Below, one piece after another: positions 17,911 to 28,568 of a stretch of DNA of 49,395 bases; position 1 is the first letter of the stretch, and each line of letters starts with the position of its first letter. The notes beneath the pieces are model-generated. The model saw only the letters and a program-made list of their open reading frames with translations. It was not told the DNA's origin and did no database searches. This DNA is from an uncultured Bacilli bacterium. GTDB taxonomy: Bacteria > Bacillota_I > Bacilli_A > RF39 > UBA660. The translations under genes were made by a program, and so were the position numbers. The stretch spans positions 1 through 49,395 of the forward strand of contig CANQEE010000001.1 in the NCBI GenBank assembly GCA_947594595.1, given 5' to 3'.

Positions 17911-18564
17911 ATGGGACAAAAAGTTAGTCCAAATGGACTTAGACTTGGGATCAATAAAGACTGGCAAGCAAAGTGGTATGCCAATAAAAAAGAGTTCGCA
18001 ACTGTACTTGATCGTGATTTAAAAATTCGTAAGTACTTGAGTGAAAATTTGAAAAATGCCGGAATTGCCAAAGTCGAAATTGAAAGAACTTCTAAGAAAT
18101 GTGAAGTCATTGTACATACTTCAAAACCAGGTGTCATGATTGGACGTGGTGGAGAAGAAATTGAAAAATTAAAGAAGAATCTTTCAAAGGTTGCAGGGGA
18201 ACCTGTACAAATTACAATTGCCGATATCAAAAAAGCAGACATCAATGCCCAACTTGTCGCAGATTCTATTGCAAATCAAATAGCAAATCGTGCATCCTTC
18301 AGAATGGCACAAAAACGTGCAATTCGAAATGCAATGAAAGCAGGAGCAAAAGGAATTAAAACACAAGTTTCAGGACGATTAGGTGGTGCTGAAATGGCAA
18401 GAAGCGAAGGATATACAGAAGGAACCATTCCTCTACATACACTTCGTGCAGATGTTGATTATGCAATAAGTGAAGCAGATACAACATTTGGAAAAATAGG
18501 AGTTAAGGTATGGATTTACAAAGGTGAAATTCTTCCTTCAAAAAAAGGGAATGGAGGTAAGTAG
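17911..18564 (+). CDS. rpsC: 30S ribosomal protein S3
   Basis: [14 protein letters not shown] start and KH-domain block [14 protein letters not shown]. Confidence 0.98.
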   Translation: MGQKVSPNGLRLGINKDWQAKWYANKKEFATVLDRDLKIRKYLSENLKNAGIAKVEIERTSKKCEVIVHTSKPGVMIGRGGEEIEKLKKNLSKVAGEPVQITIADIKKADINAQLVADSIANQIANRASFRMAQKRAIRNAMKAGAKGIKTQVSGRLGGAEMARSEGYTEGTIPLHTLRADVDYAISEADTTFGKIGVKVWIYKGEILPSKKGNGGK

Positions 18565-18566
18565 AT

Positions 18567-18989
18567 ATGTTAATTCCATCTAGAACAAAATACCGTCGTG
18601 TACATAGACTTCCCTATGAAGGAAAAGCAAAAGGAAATCTAAAATTACACTTTGGTGAATATGGATTACAAGCAAAAGAAGGAGCTTGGATTACAGCCAA
18701 TCAAATCGAAGCTGCTCGTGTTGCTATGACTCGTTATATGAAACGTGGTGGAAAAGTATGGATCAACATTTTCCCACACTTGCCACTCACATCAAAACCA
18801 ATTGGAACTCGTCAAGGAAAAGGAAAAGGAAATGTAGAAGGATGGGTTGCTGTTGTAAAAGAAGGTAAAATCATGTTTGAAATTTCAGGAGTTTCTGAAG
18901 AAGTAGCCCGTGAAGCATTACGCCTTGCTAGTCACAAGTTACCAATTGCGTGTAAATTTGTAAAAAAAGAAAATGGTGGTGATGAGTAA
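18567..18989 (+). CDS. rplP: 50S ribosomal protein L16
   Basis: [14 protein letters not shown] start and RMGKGKG-like [12 protein letters not shown] block. Confidence 0.98.
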   Translation: MLIPSRTKYRRVHRLPYEGKAKGNLKLHFGEYGLQAKEGAWITANQIEAARVAMTRYMKRGGKVWINIFPHLPLTSKPIGTRQGKGKGNVEGWVAVVKEGKIMFEISGVSEEVAREALRLASHKLPIACKFVKKENGGDE

Positions 18990-19180
18990 TGAAGGTGAAA
19001 GAGATTAGAGAAATGACAACTGAAGAAATCAATCAAAAATTGAAAGAATGCAAAGAAGAACTATTCAACCTACGTTTTCAACAGGCAACTGGAAACCTAG
19101 AAAAACCTTCAAGACTAAGAGACTTAAGACACACCGTTGCAAGATTAAAGACCGTTCTAAAGGAACGCGAAGAAGCATAA
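18989..19180 (+). CDS. rpmC: 50S ribosomal protein L29
   Basis: [15 protein letters not shown] signature; the ATG overlaps the rplP TAA. Confidence 0.96.
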   Translation: MKVKEIREMTTEEINQKLKECKEELFNLRFQQATGNLEKPSRLRDLRHTVARLKTVLKEREEA

Positions 19181-19192
19181 TAGGAGGATCTT

Positions 19193-19450
19193 ATGGAGAA
19201 AAAAAGTCGTGAATTAACAGGAACAGTTGTAAGTTCTAAGAACAATAAAACAATCACAGTTTTAGTTGAAACATATAAAAAGCATCCATTATATCATAAG
19301 AGAGTAAAATCTTCTAAAAAATATAGTGTGCATGATGAATCAAATAAAGCAAAAGTTGGAGATGTTGTACGGATTGTTGAAACACGTCCAATTTCAAAAA
19401 CAAAGCATTTCTATTTAAAAGAAATTGTAAAAGAAGCAGTTATTCTATAA
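19193..19450 (+). CDS. rpsQ: 30S ribosomal protein S17
   Basis: [19 protein letters not shown]...HPLYHKRV signature. Confidence 0.97.
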   Translation: MEKKSRELTGTVVSSKNNKTITVLVETYKKHPLYHKRVKSSKKYSVHDESNKAKVGDVVRIVETRPISKTKHFYLKEIVKEAVIL

Positions 19451-19475
19451 CTCTTAAGTAAAGGAGGAAAAATCT

Positions 19476-19844
19476 ATGGTACAACAAGAAAGTAGATTGA
19501 AAGTTGCTGATAACTCTGGAGCTCGTGAAGTCTTAGTCATCCGTTGTCTTGGAGGAAGTCATCGTAAGACAGCTAACATCGGAGATGTAGTTGTTGCAAC
19601 CGTGAAACAAGCAATTCCAAATTCTGCTGTAAAAAAGGGAAAAGTTGTCAAGGCCGTCGTTGTACGTACTCGTCAAGGGGTAAGACGTGAAGACGGAAGT
19701 TATATCAAATTTGATGACAATGCTTGTGTCATTATTCGTGAGGATAAAAGTCCAGTTGGAACACGTATCTTTGGTCCCGTAGCACGTGAGCTTCGTGAAA
19801 AAGACTATATGAAGATAGTATCACTTGCGAAAGAAGTACTATAA
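19476..19844 (+). CDS. rplN: 50S ribosomal protein L14
   Basis: [16 protein letters not shown] start, 122 aa. Confidence 0.98.
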   Translation: MVQQESRLKVADNSGAREVLVIRCLGGSHRKTANIGDVVVATVKQAIPNSAVKKGKVVKAVVVRTRQGVRREDGSYIKFDDNACVIIREDKSPVGTRIFGPVARELREKDYMKIVSLAKEVL

Positions 19845-19854
19845 GGAGGATATG

Positions 19855-20160
19855 ATGAAGTTAAAAGTTGGAGATAAAGTTGTTGTTATATCTGGTGCTG
19901 ATAAGGGAAAACAAGGAAAAATCATCAAAACCTTTAGAAATGAGGATAAAGTCATCGTAGAAGGTGTACATATTGTTAAAAAACATCAAAAAGGAAATGG
20001 ACAAGAGACAGGTGGAATTTTAGAAATAGAAGCTCCTATTCATGTATCCAATGTGATGATTGTTGATCCAAAAACCAAAAAGGGAACACGGGTAGGATAT
20101 ACAACTGAAAAAGATAAAAAAATAAGAATTAGTAAAAAATCAAACGAAAAGCTTGATTAG
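19855..20160 (+). CDS. rplX: 50S ribosomal protein L24
   Basis: [24 protein letters not shown] motif. SD AAGGAGGA at 19844-19850 favours ATG 19855 (or 19852) over the ORF-track start at 19825, which lies inside rplN. Confidence 0.95.
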   Translation: MKLKVGDKVVVISGADKGKQGKIIKTFRNEDKVIVEGVHIVKKHQKGNGQETGGILEIEAPIHVSNVMIVDPKTKKGTRVGYTTEKDKKIRISKKSNEKLD

Positions 20161-20178
20161 TGGAAGGAGGGTATTTTA

Positions 20179-20718
20179 ATGAACCGCCTAAAAGAAAAAT
20201 ACTTGAAGGAAGTTGTTCCAAGTTTAAAAGAAAAATATAATTATAAGTCAATGATGGAAATACCAAAACTTGAAAAAATTGTAATCAATATGGGAGTAGG
20301 AGATGCCACTACAAATTCTAAGTTAATCGATGCTGCTGTTGCAGATCTTACTAAAATTGCAGGACAAAAACCAGTTGTTACAAAAGCAAAAAAATCAATC
20401 GCAGGATTTAAAGTAAGAGAAGGACAATCTATTGGATGTAAAGTAACACTTCGTGGAGAAAACATGTATACATTTATGGATAAGTTAATTGCTATTGCAC
20501 TTCCACGTGTTCGTGATTTTAGAGGAGTTAGTCCAAAATCATTTGATGGACGTGGAAACTATACAATGGGAATCAAAGAGCAATTGATTTTCTCTGAAAT
20601 TGATTATGATGATGTTGTTAAAGTACGTGGTATGGATATTGTTTTCGTAACCACTGCAAAAACAAACGAAGAGGCCCATGACTTATTAGCAGGACTTGGA
20701 ATTCCTTTTAGAAAGTAA
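20179..20718 (+). CDS. rplE: 50S ribosomal protein L5
   Basis: MNRLKEKY start and [16 protein letters not shown] / RDFRG blocks. Confidence 0.98.
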   Translation: MNRLKEKYLKEVVPSLKEKYNYKSMMEIPKLEKIVINMGVGDATTNSKLIDAAVADLTKIAGQKPVVTKAKKSIAGFKVREGQSIGCKVTLRGENMYTFMDKLIAIALPRVRDFRGVSPKSFDGRGNYTMGIKEQLIFSEIDYDDVVKVRGMDIVFVTTAKTNEEAHDLLAGLGIPFRK

Positions 20719-20731
20719 TTGGAGGGTAAAA

Positions 20732-20917
20732 ATGGCAAAGAAAAGTATGATTGTAAAAGCAAATCGCAAACCAAAATACAAGGTGCGTGCTTATACTCGT
20801 TGTGCTAGATGTGGACGTCCACATGCTGTAATGAGTAAGTTCGGAATCTGTCGTATATGTTTTCGCGAATTAGCTTATAAAGGACAAATACCAGGAATTA
20901 AAAAATCAAGCTGGTAG
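20732..20917 (+). CDS. rpsN: 30S ribosomal protein S14, zinc-binding type Z (61 aa)
   Basis: MAKKSMIVK start behind GGAGGG and the CxxC...CxxC motif ([20 protein letters not shown]). The ORF-track extension from 20696 overlaps rplE. Confidence 0.96.
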   Translation: MAKKSMIVKANRKPKYKVRAYTRCARCGRPHAVMSKFGICRICFRELAYKGQIPGIKKSSW

Positions 20918-20937
20918 GAAGAAAGGAGAAACAAAAG

Positions 20938-21339
20938 ATGGCTGTAGTAACGGATACGATTGCAGATATGTTAACACGTATCAGAAATGCAAATCAAATG
21001 CGCTATACTGAAGTAGTCGTACCTTCTTCAAAATTAAAGCTTGAAATAGCAAGGATCTTAAAAGAAGAAGGGTTTATCGTAGACTACAAATTAGAAAAAA
21101 ACGATGCCCAAGGAACGATTCTTTTAACTTTAAAGTATGGTGATAAGAAAGAAAGAGTGATCACAGGGTTAAAAAGAATTTCAAAACCTGGTCTACGTGT
21201 TTATGTAAAAAATACAGAAATTCCTAAAGTGTTGAATGGACTTGGAATTGCAATTCTATCCACTTCAAAAGGAATTATGACAGACAAAGAAGCTCGCAAG
21301 CAAAATGTAGGTGGAGAAGTTCTTGCTTATATTTGGTAG
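20938..21339 (+). CDS. rpsH: 30S ribosomal protein S8
   Basis: [13 protein letters not shown] signature, 133 aa. Confidence 0.98.
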   Translation: MAVVTDTIADMLTRIRNANQMRYTEVVVPSSKLKLEIARILKEEGFIVDYKLEKNDAQGTILLTLKYGDKKERVITGLKRISKPGLRVYVKNTEIPKVLNGLGIAILSTSKGIMTDKEARKQNVGGEVLAYIW

Positions 21340-21357
21340 TTTAAGGAGGAAAGCAAA

Positions 21358-21888
21358 ATGAGCCGTATAGGATATCGTAAAATTGAAGTTCCCGCAGGCG
21401 TTACAGTAGAACTTGTTGATAATACAGTTAAGGTAACGGGCCCAAAGGGAAGCTTATCTCAAAATATGCTAAAAGGAATTAGCATGAAACAAGAGGAAAA
21501 TATCATTACTCTTGATCGAGAAAACGACGCAGCGAAAGCAATGCATGGAACTATGAATGCACTTCTTCAAAATATGATTATAGGAGTTACAAAAGGCTAT
21601 GAAAAAGGTCTTGAAATTGTCGGTGTTGGATATCGCTTCAATGTACAAGGAAGACGCCTTGTTATCAATGCTGGATATTCTCATCCTGTAGAACTCCAAA
21701 TTCCAGAAGGACTTACTGTAGAAGCTCCAAGCAATACAGAAATTGTAATTAAAGGAATTGATAAAGTGCTCGTTGGAGAATTTGCTGCAAATGTTCGAAA
21801 GGTTAGAAAACCTGAACCATATAAAGGAAAAGGAATTCGATATAAGGATGAACATATTAGAAGAAAAGAAGGAAAGAAAGCTGCTTAA
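21358..21888 (+). CDS. rplF: 50S ribosomal protein L6
   Basis: MSRIGYRKIEVPAGV start and conserved position. Confidence 0.98.
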   Translation: MSRIGYRKIEVPAGVTVELVDNTVKVTGPKGSLSQNMLKGISMKQEENIITLDRENDAAKAMHGTMNALLQNMIIGVTKGYEKGLEIVGVGYRFNVQGRRLVINAGYSHPVELQIPEGLTVEAPSNTEIVIKGIDKVLVGEFAANVRKVRKPEPYKGKGIRYKDEHIRRKEGKKAA

Positions 21889-21908
21889 GGTAGGAAGGAG
21901 AATTGAAT

Positions 21909-22271
21909 ATGATTAGTAAAAAATCAAGAAACAGTATGCGTAGCGTTCGTCATGAAAGAATTAGACGAAATCTACATGGAACTGCAGCATTACCAAGGCT
22001 TTGTGTATTTCGTTCCAATACAGGAATTTATGCACAAATTATTGATGATGATGCTGCAAAAACACTTTGTTCTGCTTCCTCATTTGATAAAGAATTAAAA
22101 CTTCCAAATGGAAGCAATGTTGAAGCAGCAAGCAAAGTTGGCGAATTAGTTGCAAAACGCGCTAAAAAAGCTGGTATTGAAAGAGTAGTATTTGATAGAG
22201 GTGGATATCTTTATCATGGACGTGTCAAAGCGTTAGCAGACGCTGCACGTGAAAATGGATTAGAGTTCTAG
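21909..22271 (+). CDS. rplR: 50S ribosomal protein L18
   Basis: [24 protein letters not shown] signature and [19 protein letters not shown] end. ATG 21909 lies behind AGGAAGGAG; the TTG at 21903 is an alternative start. Confidence 0.96.
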   Translation: MISKKSRNSMRSVRHERIRRNLHGTAALPRLCVFRSNTGIYAQIIDDDAAKTLCSASSFDKELKLPNGSNVEAASKVGELVAKRAKKAGIERVVFDRGGYLYHGRVKALADAARENGLEF

Positions 22272-22282
22272 AGGAGGGTATT

Positions 22283-22789
22283 ATGGAAAAAAATCGAAAC
22301 CCAAAAGAAAAACAATTCGAAGAGTTAGTCGTTGAAATTAAAAGTGTCGTTAAAGTAAACAAAGGTGGACGTCAACGCAGGTTCCAAGCAGTTGTTGTTA
22401 TTGGGGATAGAAAAGGAAGAGTTGGATTAGGAATCGGAAAAGCTTCTGAAGTACCTGATGCAATTAAGAAGGCAATTCAAGATGCCGAGAAAAATATTAT
22501 TAAAATCTCTCTTATTGATGGTAGAACGATTTCTCATGAAGCAATTGGACGTGCAGGAGCTGCTCGTGTTATTGTAAAACCTGCAAAACCTGGTACTGGT
22601 GTTATTGCAGGGGGTAGTGTTCGTGCAATTTTAGAACTTGCAGGAATTCGTGATATCGTATCAAAATCACTTGGTGCAAGAACCAAGATCAACATGGCTA
22701 ATGCAACACTTGATGCACTTAAATCAATAAAAACTCCAGAAGAAGTTGCCCGTCTTCGTGGAAAAACAAAAGAGGAGATATTAGGATAA
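22283..22789 (+). CDS. rpsE: 30S ribosomal protein S5
   Basis: [21 protein letters not shown] signature. Confidence 0.98.
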   Translation: MEKNRNPKEKQFEELVVEIKSVVKVNKGGRQRRFQAVVVIGDRKGRVGLGIGKASEVPDAIKKAIQDAEKNIIKISLIDGRTISHEAIGRAGAARVIVKPAKPGTGVIAGGSVRAILELAGIRDIVSKSLGARTKINMANATLDALKSIKTPEEVARLRGKTKEEILG

Positions 22790-23232
22790 TGAAGTTACAT
22801 GAATTAGAAAAAAATCCTGGAGCAACCAAAGAACGTCGTCGTGTAGGACGTGGTCCAGGAAGTGGATTAGGAAAAACAAGTGGAAAAGGGCAAAAAGGAC
22901 AGAAAGCACGTAGTGGTGCTAGTATCAATCCCGTTTTTGAAGGAGGACAATTACCACTTTATCGCCGCTTACCAAAACGTGGATTTAGTAATGCGATTTT
23001 CAAAAAAGAATATGCAGTAATCAATGTATTCGATTTAAATCGTTTTGAAAACGGAACCATTATTACACCTGCTTTATTAAAAGAAGCTGGAATTATAAAA
23101 AAACAACTTTCTGGAATTAAAGTACTTGGAGAAGGAACTTTAGAGAAAAAAGTAACCATTCAGGCACATAAATTTTCAGCAAGTGCACTAGAAAAGATTA
23201 AAGAGAGCGGAAGCAAAGCTGAGGTGATCTAA
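22789..23232 (+). CDS. rplO: 50S ribosomal protein L15
   Basis: [34 protein letters not shown] start. The ATG shares its A with the rpsE TAA, so no L30 gene lies in between. Confidence 0.98.
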   Translation: MKLHELEKNPGATKERRRVGRGPGSGLGKTSGKGQKGQKARSGASINPVFEGGQLPLYRRLPKRGFSNAIFKKEYAVINVFDLNRFENGTIITPALLKEAGIIKKQLSGIKVLGEGTLEKKVTIQAHKFSASALEKIKESGSKAEVI

Positions 23233-23233
23233 G

Positions 23234-24499
23234 ATGTTTTCAACACTAAAGCAACTATTCGCACCAACGAATCAAGATTTGCGGAAGCGAATTCGCTTTA
23301 CTCTTATTGCTCTTGCCATCTTTATTATAGGAACAGGAATTAGAGTTCCTGGAACGCAAGATGTCACGAGTAATTTAGGGTTCTTAGAACTTATTAACTC
23401 TATGGGTGGAGGTGCTTTAAAAAGATTTTCTATCTTTGCACTTGGAGTAATGCCTTATATTACAGCTACCATTGTTATGCAATTGCTACAAGAAATTGTT
23501 CCATCCATCAACGAAATGAGTAAACAAGGACATGTTGGAAGACAAAAAATCAATCAAATATCAAGATTTATGGGACTTTTGTTTGCTTTCATTGAAGGGT
23601 ATGCATTTTCCTTTCTCTTTCTTGGAAATACAGCAAGTCCAAAAGAATATTTGTATATTGCAACAGTCTTAACTGCAGGAACAGCATTCTTATTATGGTT
23701 AGGAGATCAAATTACACAAAAAGGAATAGGAAATGGATTAAGTCTCATTATTATGGCAGGAATCATTGCAACACTTCCTCAAATGTTTATTGATGCGTTT
23801 AATGGATTGGTTGTTTTTGATACCACTCAAACCATTGTCTTGGGAATTGTAAAATTTACCCTCTTTGTCTTGTTGTATTTTTTAATTGTAATTGGTGTTG
23901 TGTATGTACAAGAAGCAGAAAGAAGAATACCAATTCAATATGCAAATAAATCAACAAGTGCTTATGGGCAAGCAGCAAGTTTTATGCCAATTAAAGTGAA
24001 TGCTGCAGGAGTTGTTCCTGTCATCTTTGCATCTAGTTTGATTTCGGTTCCAGGAATCCTTGCACAAGTAATTAAAAATGAAGGATTTACTCTATTTGTA
24101 CAAAAATATTTAACCTATACAACACCAATTGGATTTATTATCTATGCTATCTTTATTTTCTTGTTTGGATATTTTTATACTTTTATGTATTTAAAACCAG
24201 AAGAATTTTCTAAGAATTTGCAAGAAAATGGTGGATATATCCCAGGTATTAGACCTGGTGCTGATACAAAGAAATATTTAAGTAAGGTTTTAACAAGACT
24301 TACTGTATTAGGAGGATTATTCCTTGTCATTATTGCAGGACTTCCTATTATATTTTCAAGTTTTACTAACTTACCAACTACCGTATCCATTGGTGGAACA
24401 GGACTTTTAATTGTTGTAGGTGTTGCTCTTGAGACTTATAAGCAATTAGAAGGAAGTCTTTTATCAAGAAATTATAAAAAGGGTTATAAAAGAAGATGA
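23234..24499 (+). CDS. secY: preprotein translocase subunit SecY
   Basis: 421 aa and 10 hydrophobic segments, with FALGVMPYITATIVMQLL and GNGLSLIIMAGI blocks. Confidence 0.98.
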   Translation: MFSTLKQLFAPTNQDLRKRIRFTLIALAIFIIGTGIRVPGTQDVTSNLGFLELINSMGGGALKRFSIFALGVMPYITATIVMQLLQEIVPSINEMSKQGHVGRQKINQISRFMGLLFAFIEGYAFSFLFLGNTASPKEYLYIATVLTAGTAFLLWLGDQITQKGIGNGLSLIIMAGIIATLPQMFIDAFNGLVVFDTTQTIVLGIVKFTLFVLLYFLIVIGVVYVQEAERRIPIQYANKSTSAYGQAASFMPIKVNAAGVVPVIFASSLISVPGILAQVIKNEGFTLFVQKYLTYTTPIGFIIYAIFIFLFGYFYTFMYLKPEEFSKNLQENGGYIPGIRPGADTKKYLSKVLTRLTVLGGLFLVIIAGLPIIFSSFTNLPTTVSIGGTGLLIVVGVALETYKQLEGSLLSRNYKKGYKRR

Positions 24500-25155
24500 A
24501 AAATATCATATTTATAGCACCCCCTGCAGCGGGGAAAGGAACACAATCAAATCTAGTCGCAGAAAAGTATCATATTCCTCATATATCAACAGGAGATATC
24601 TTACGAGAAGTTATGAAGGAAGATAGTGAAATTGGTGAATATGTACTAGAAACGATTACAGGTGGCGGCCTTGTAAAAGATGAAATTATGTATACACTTA
24701 TAGAGAAGCGTTTAGGAGAAGAAGATTGTAAAAATGGTTATATCTTAGATGGCTTTCCAAGAAATGTAGAACAAGCAGAGAAATATGATGAAATTCTTGC
24801 TCGACTACATCAAGAGTTAGGATATGTCATTGTTCTAGAAATTGATGAAAAAACACTTGCAAGAAGAATTACAGGAAGAAGAATCTGTGAAGATTGTAAT
24901 GCAGTTTATAATATCAATGTTGAAAGTGAAACCCCAGAAGTAGAATCTATCTGTGATCTTTGTGGGGGAAAGTTATATCAACGTAGCGATGATAATTTGG
25001 AAGCTTTCCAAAATCGCTATCAAGTCTATTTAGAAAAAACAAAACCTCTTCTTGATTACTATGAGAAGGAAGGAAAAGTTTTTCGAGTAGATGGTTCTCA
25101 ATCCATAGAAGTAATCTTTAAAAAGATTACAGAAATTTTAGAGGAGGCTATATGA
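24496..25155 (+). CDS. adk: adenylate kinase (zinc-lid type)
   Basis: P-loop APPAAGKGTQ, GFPRN, and lid cysteines CEDC...CDLC. Confidence 0.97.
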   Translation: MKNIIFIAPPAAGKGTQSNLVAEKYHIPHISTGDILREVMKEDSEIGEYVLETITGGGLVKDEIMYTLIEKRLGEEDCKNGYILDGFPRNVEQAEKYDEILARLHQELGYVIVLEIDEKTLARRITGRRICEDCNAVYNINVESETPEVESICDLCGGKLYQRSDDNLEAFQNRYQVYLEKTKPLLDYYEKEGKVFRVDGSQSIEVIFKKITEILEEAI

Positions 25156-25901
25156 TTACAATCAAAAGTGATCGTGAGATTGAGCTTCTAAGAAAAGCAG
25201 GACATATTGTATATGAAACACATCAATACTTAAAACCTTATATTAAAGCAGGAATTACTACAAAAGAATTAGATGCTTTAGGAGAAGCATTTATTAGGAA
25301 ACAGGGAGCACTTCCTTCTTTTAAAGGATATGAAGGGTTTCCTAATGCTCTTTGTATTAGTGTTAACGAAGAGGTAGTTCATGGAATCCCAGGTGATTAC
25401 GTCTTAAAAGAAGGGGATATCGTATCGATCGATATTGGTGCTTGTTATCATGGATATCATGGTGATTCTGCTTGGAGTTATGCAGTTGGAGAAGTTTCTT
25501 CTGATGTGCAAGCTCTTTTGAAAAACACAGAACAAGCACTTTATGAGGGCCTTAAAGCAATTCATGAGGGAGTCCATATTGGTGATATTGGGGAAGCTGT
25601 TGAGTCTTATGCGACTCAGCATCACTTAGGTGTTGTGAAAGAGTTGGTAGGTCATGGTGTTGGTACCAATGTACATGAAGATCCGGATGTTCCGAATTAT
25701 GGAACTAGAGGAACTGGTCCGAAATTAAAAAAAGGTATGGTTCTTGCCGTTGAACCTATGCTAACACTTGGAAGTCCAGAAATTTTTATAGATAGTGAGA
25801 ATGGCTGGACTATTATAACGGATGATAATCAAGCATCTGCCCATTTTGAACATACAGTTGTCGTCACAGAAGACGGATGCGAAATACTAACAGGAGAGTG
25901 A
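25152..25901 (+). CDS. map: type I methionine aminopeptidase
   Basis: [23 protein letters not shown] and HFEHTV metal-ligand blocks. Confidence 0.97.
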   Translation: MITIKSDREIELLRKAGHIVYETHQYLKPYIKAGITTKELDALGEAFIRKQGALPSFKGYEGFPNALCISVNEEVVHGIPGDYVLKEGDIVSIDIGACYHGYHGDSAWSYAVGEVSSDVQALLKNTEQALYEGLKAIHEGVHIGDIGEAVESYATQHHLGVVKELVGHGVGTNVHEDPDVPNYGTRGTGPKLKKGMVLAVEPMLTLGSPEIFIDSENGWTIITDDNQASAHFEHTVVVTEDGCEILTGE

Positions 25902-25905
25902 AAAG

Positions 25906-26121
25906 ATGGCTAAAGATGATGTGATTGAAATCGAGGGAAAAGTCCTTGAGATTATTCCAGGCGGTAAATTCAAAGTAGAACTTGAAAACGGACATATAGT
26001 GGAAGCCCACGTTTCTGGTAAAATACGAATGAATTACATTCGCATTCTACCGGGGGATACCGTAATGATAGAATTATCGCCTTATGATTTAACACGTGGG
26101 CGTATTACCTATCGTAAATGA
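25906..26121 (+). CDS. infA: translation initiation factor IF-1
   Basis: [13 protein letters not shown]...[13 protein letters not shown] signature, 71 aa. Confidence 0.98.
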   Translation: MAKDDVIEIEGKVLEIIPGGKFKVELENGHIVEAHVSGKIRMNYIRILPGDTVMIELSPYDLTRGRITYRK

Positions 26122-26135
26122 AAGGAAGATGAAAA

Positions 26136-26249
26136 ATGAAAGTAAGAGCAAGCGTAAAACCAATTTGTGAAAAATGTAAAATCATTAAAAGAAAAGGGAA
26201 AATCATGGTAATTTGTGAGAACCCAAAACATAAGCAAAGACAAGGTTAA
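26136..26249 (+). CDS. rpmJ: 50S ribosomal protein L36 (37 aa, absent from the ORF track)
   Basis: Hand translation gives [37 protein letters not shown] followed by a stop. SD GGAAGA is upstream. It sits in the canonical position between infA and rpsM. Confidence 0.95.
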   Translation: MKVRASVKPICEKCKIIKRKGKIMVICENPKHKQRQG

Positions 26250-26264
26250 AAGGAGGTAGAGAAA

Positions 26265-26633
26265 ATGGCACGAATTAAAGGTGTAGATATTCCAAATGAA
26301 AAACATACTTGTATTGCACTTACAAGTATCTATGGAATTGGGAGAAGTCTTGCAAAGACAATTTGTTCTGATGCAAAAGTAGATCCAAGCAAAAAAGCAG
26401 GAGAACTTACACAGGAAGAACAAATTCGTCTTCGTGATGAAGTTAATAAGTATCTTACAGAAGGTGATTTACGTCGTGATGTGAATATGAATATCAAAAC
26501 AAAGATGGAAATCAATTCTTATGAGGGAACTCGTCATAAAAAGGGTCTTCCTGTAAGGGGACAAAGAACAAATCGTAATGCTCGTACTCGTAAAGGTCGA
26601 GGAAAAATTGTTGCAAATAAGAAGAAAGCATAG
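26265..26633 (+). CDS. rpsM: 30S ribosomal protein S13
   Basis: [13 protein letters not shown] start, 122 aa. Confidence 0.98.
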   Translation: MARIKGVDIPNEKHTCIALTSIYGIGRSLAKTICSDAKVDPSKKAGELTQEEQIRLRDEVNKYLTEGDLRRDVNMNIKTKMEINSYEGTRHKKGLPVRGQRTNRNARTRKGRGKIVANKKKA

Positions 26634-26652
26634 TCGAGAAGGAGGTTAAAGA

Positions 26653-27036
26653 ATGGCTTATAAAACAAGAAAAAGAAAAGTAAAAAAGAATGTGCCTGAA
26701 GGAATTGCTCATATTCATTCCACTTTTAACAATACAATCACGACAATCACAGATAAAGATGGAAACACCATTAGTTGGGCATCTAGTGGTGCAATTGGAT
26801 TCAAGGGAAGTAAGAAGTCAACTCCATTTGCTGCAGGAATGGCTGCAGAAAGTGCAGGAAAAGCTGCTTATGATCTTGGAATGCGCAAAGTAGAAGTATA
26901 TGTAAAAGGATTAGGACCTGGACGTGAAACAGCAATCAGATCTTTGCAAACAGCTGGACTGGAAGTAACAGCAATCAATGATGTTACACCAATTCCACAT
27001 AATGGATGTCGTCCACCAAAACGCCCACGTGGGTAA
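26653..27036 (+). CDS. rpsK: 30S ribosomal protein S11
   Basis: [13 protein letters not shown] and [15 protein letters not shown] blocks. Confidence 0.98.
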   Translation: MAYKTRKRKVKKNVPEGIAHIHSTFNNTITTITDKDGNTISWASSGAIGFKGSKKSTPFAAGMAAESAGKAAYDLGMRKVEVYVKGLGPGRETAIRSLQTAGLEVTAINDVTPIPHNGCRPPKRPRG

Positions 27037-27058
27037 TTATTAAAGGGAGGTTAGTTTC

Positions 27059-28009
27059 ATGTTACAATTTGAAAAACCAATTTACAAAATTACAGATTAT
27101 GTAGAAAATAATTTTTATGGAAAATTCGAACTAGAACCATTAGAAAGAGGATTTGGTACAACTATAGGAAATGCACTTCGTCGTGTTATGTTATCTTCTC
27201 TTCCAGGAAGTGCTATTTCTAGTGTTAAAATTGAAGGAGTTCTTCACGAGTTCCAAACTCTAGATGGTGTTGTAGAAGACGTAACAACTATTATCTTAAA
27301 TTTAAAGGGTGTTGTTGTTAAAAATCATTCAGAGGAAAGTAAGACAATTCATTTATCTGCATCAGGTGAAGGTGTAGTTACTGCAGGGGATATTGAAACC
27401 GATGCAGATGTTGAAATTATTAACAAAGATCATGTGATCGCAACCCTTGCAAAAGATGGAAAACTTGAGATGGAAATGACAGTTACAAATGGTCGTGGTT
27501 ATGTAAGAAGCGAAGAAATCAAACGCCTTCTTGATAACAAAAAAACAGGAGTTATTGCTATGGATGCTCTTTATTCTCCAATTGAAAGAGTTTCTCATGA
27601 AGTTAATCCTGCTCGTGTAGGACAAAATGAAAATTATGATAAGTTAATTATGGAAGTGTATACAAATGGATCTATCAAACCAGAAGAAGCAATTGCTCTT
27701 GCCTCTCGTATTTTGATTGAACATTTCTCACTTCTTACAAATCTAAGTAGTATTGCTGATGTAAGTGGTATGATGATTGAGAAGACAGAAGATCCAAAAG
27801 TAAAAGCATTAGAGACGTCTATCGAAGATTTAGATTTTTCTGTTCGTGCATATAATTGTTTAAAAAGAGCAGGAATTCATACATTACAAGACTTAGTCAA
27901 CAAAAGTGAAAATGATATGATGAAAATTCGTAATTTAGGAAAGAAATCACTTAAAGAAGTATTAGATAAAATCAGAGAATTAGGACTTATCCTAAGAGAT
28001 GAAGATTAG
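27059..28009 (+). CDS. rpoA: DNA-directed RNA polymerase subunit alpha
   Basis: GTTIGNALRRVMLSS N-terminal-domain motif and a C-terminal domain with SVRAYNCLKRAGI. Confidence 0.98.
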   Translation: MLQFEKPIYKITDYVENNFYGKFELEPLERGFGTTIGNALRRVMLSSLPGSAISSVKIEGVLHEFQTLDGVVEDVTTIILNLKGVVVKNHSEESKTIHLSASGEGVVTAGDIETDADVEIINKDHVIATLAKDGKLEMEMTVTNGRGYVRSEEIKRLLDNKKTGVIAMDALYSPIERVSHEVNPARVGQNENYDKLIMEVYTNGSIKPEEAIALASRILIEHFSLLTNLSSIADVSGMMIEKTEDPKVKALETSIEDLDFSVRAYNCLKRAGIHTLQDLVNKSENDMMKIRNLGKKSLKEVLDKIRELGLILRDED

Positions 28010-28022
28010 AAGGAGGTAAATA

Positions 28023-28388
28023 ATGCCATATAGAAAATTAGGTGTTGATAATCAACATCGTAGAAGTATGTTAGCAACACTTACCAAACAAGTAATCATG
28101 AATGAATCTATTCAAACAACAGAGGCACGTGCAAAGGAAGTACGCAAATTTGTAGATAAATTGATTACCTATGGAAAAAATGGAAGTTTAGTTGCTCGTC
28201 GTAAAGCTTTAGCCTTTGTTCATAATGACAAAGAAGTTGTTCATAAAGTATTTAATGATTTGGCGAAACGTTATGCAAATCGAAATGGTGGATACACGCA
28301 AATTTTAAAATTAGAAGAGCGTCGTGGGGATGATGCTTTGATGGTAATCTTAAAATTAGTAGAGGAAGGAAAAGAAGCTAGCAAATAA
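28023..28388 (+). CDS. rplQ: 50S ribosomal protein L17
   Basis: [18 protein letters not shown] start; last gene of the alpha operon. Confidence 0.98.
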   Translation: MPYRKLGVDNQHRRSMLATLTKQVIMNESIQTTEARAKEVRKFVDKLITYGKNGSLVARRKALAFVHNDKEVVHKVFNDLAKRYANRNGGYTQILKLEERRGDDALMVILKLVEEGKEASK

Positions 28389-28400
28389 GCTTCTTTTTTT
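28374..28400 (+). terminator. intrinsic terminator of the ribosomal cluster
   Basis: GAAGCT (28374-28379) / AGCTTC (28388-28393), extendable to 9 bp. The loop contains the rplQ stop codon, and a T7 run follows (28394-28400). Confidence 0.85.
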
Positions 28401-28419
28401 CTGATTCAATTCTTTTTTC

Positions 28420-28448
28420 TTACAAAAAAAGAAAAGACATGATATAAT
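28420..28448 (+). promoter_or_regulatory. extended -10 sigma-A promoter
   Basis: TTACAA (28420-28425), 17-nt spacer, TGaTATAAT (28440-28448). Confidence 0.7.
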
Positions 28449-28454
28449 GTTATT

Positions 28455-28545
28455 GGTAATTTGCAATTTATTAGAAGACACATGTAGAGCAATCTGCTCG
28501 TAAATCTGATTACGGAACTAAGGATTGTCTATATGTGTTTTTTAT
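28455..28545 (+). promoter_or_regulatory. structured leader with terminator-like hairpin (candidate riboswitch/attenuator, class unknown)
   Basis: A long imperfect helix pairs ACACATGTAGAGCAATC (28479-28494) with GATTGTCTATATGTGT (28523-28538). It encloses a 5-bp hairpin CGTAA-ATCTGA-TTACG and GGAACTAAG, and is followed directly by a T7 run (28539-28545). It sits between a strong promoter and the SD of the next CDS. Confidence 0.5.
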
Positions 28546-28568
28546 TGCAAAAAAATAGGAGGTGAAAA

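Noticed and set aside
17453-18245. Two long minus-strand ORFs (133 and 139 aa) inside rplV and rpsC. Similar antisense ORFs occur at 383-1030, 14392-14652, 21469-21855 and 26109-26423.
   Set aside because: They lie fully antisense to unmistakable conserved genes, have no SD, and encode low-complexity hydrophobic/Ser-Leu-rich strings. These are typical artefacts of A/T-rich, purine-skewed coding strands.
28497-28530. Resemblance of the inner hairpin plus tail (CGUAA-AUCUGA-UUACG-GAACUAAGGA) to a preQ1-I aptamer, which is a small hairpin plus an A-rich tail ending in CUAAGG.
   Set aside because: The A-rich linker is several nucleotides too short. The loop lacks the conserved residues I remember, and the downstream protein does not look like QueT. 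I kept it only as an unclassified structured leader.
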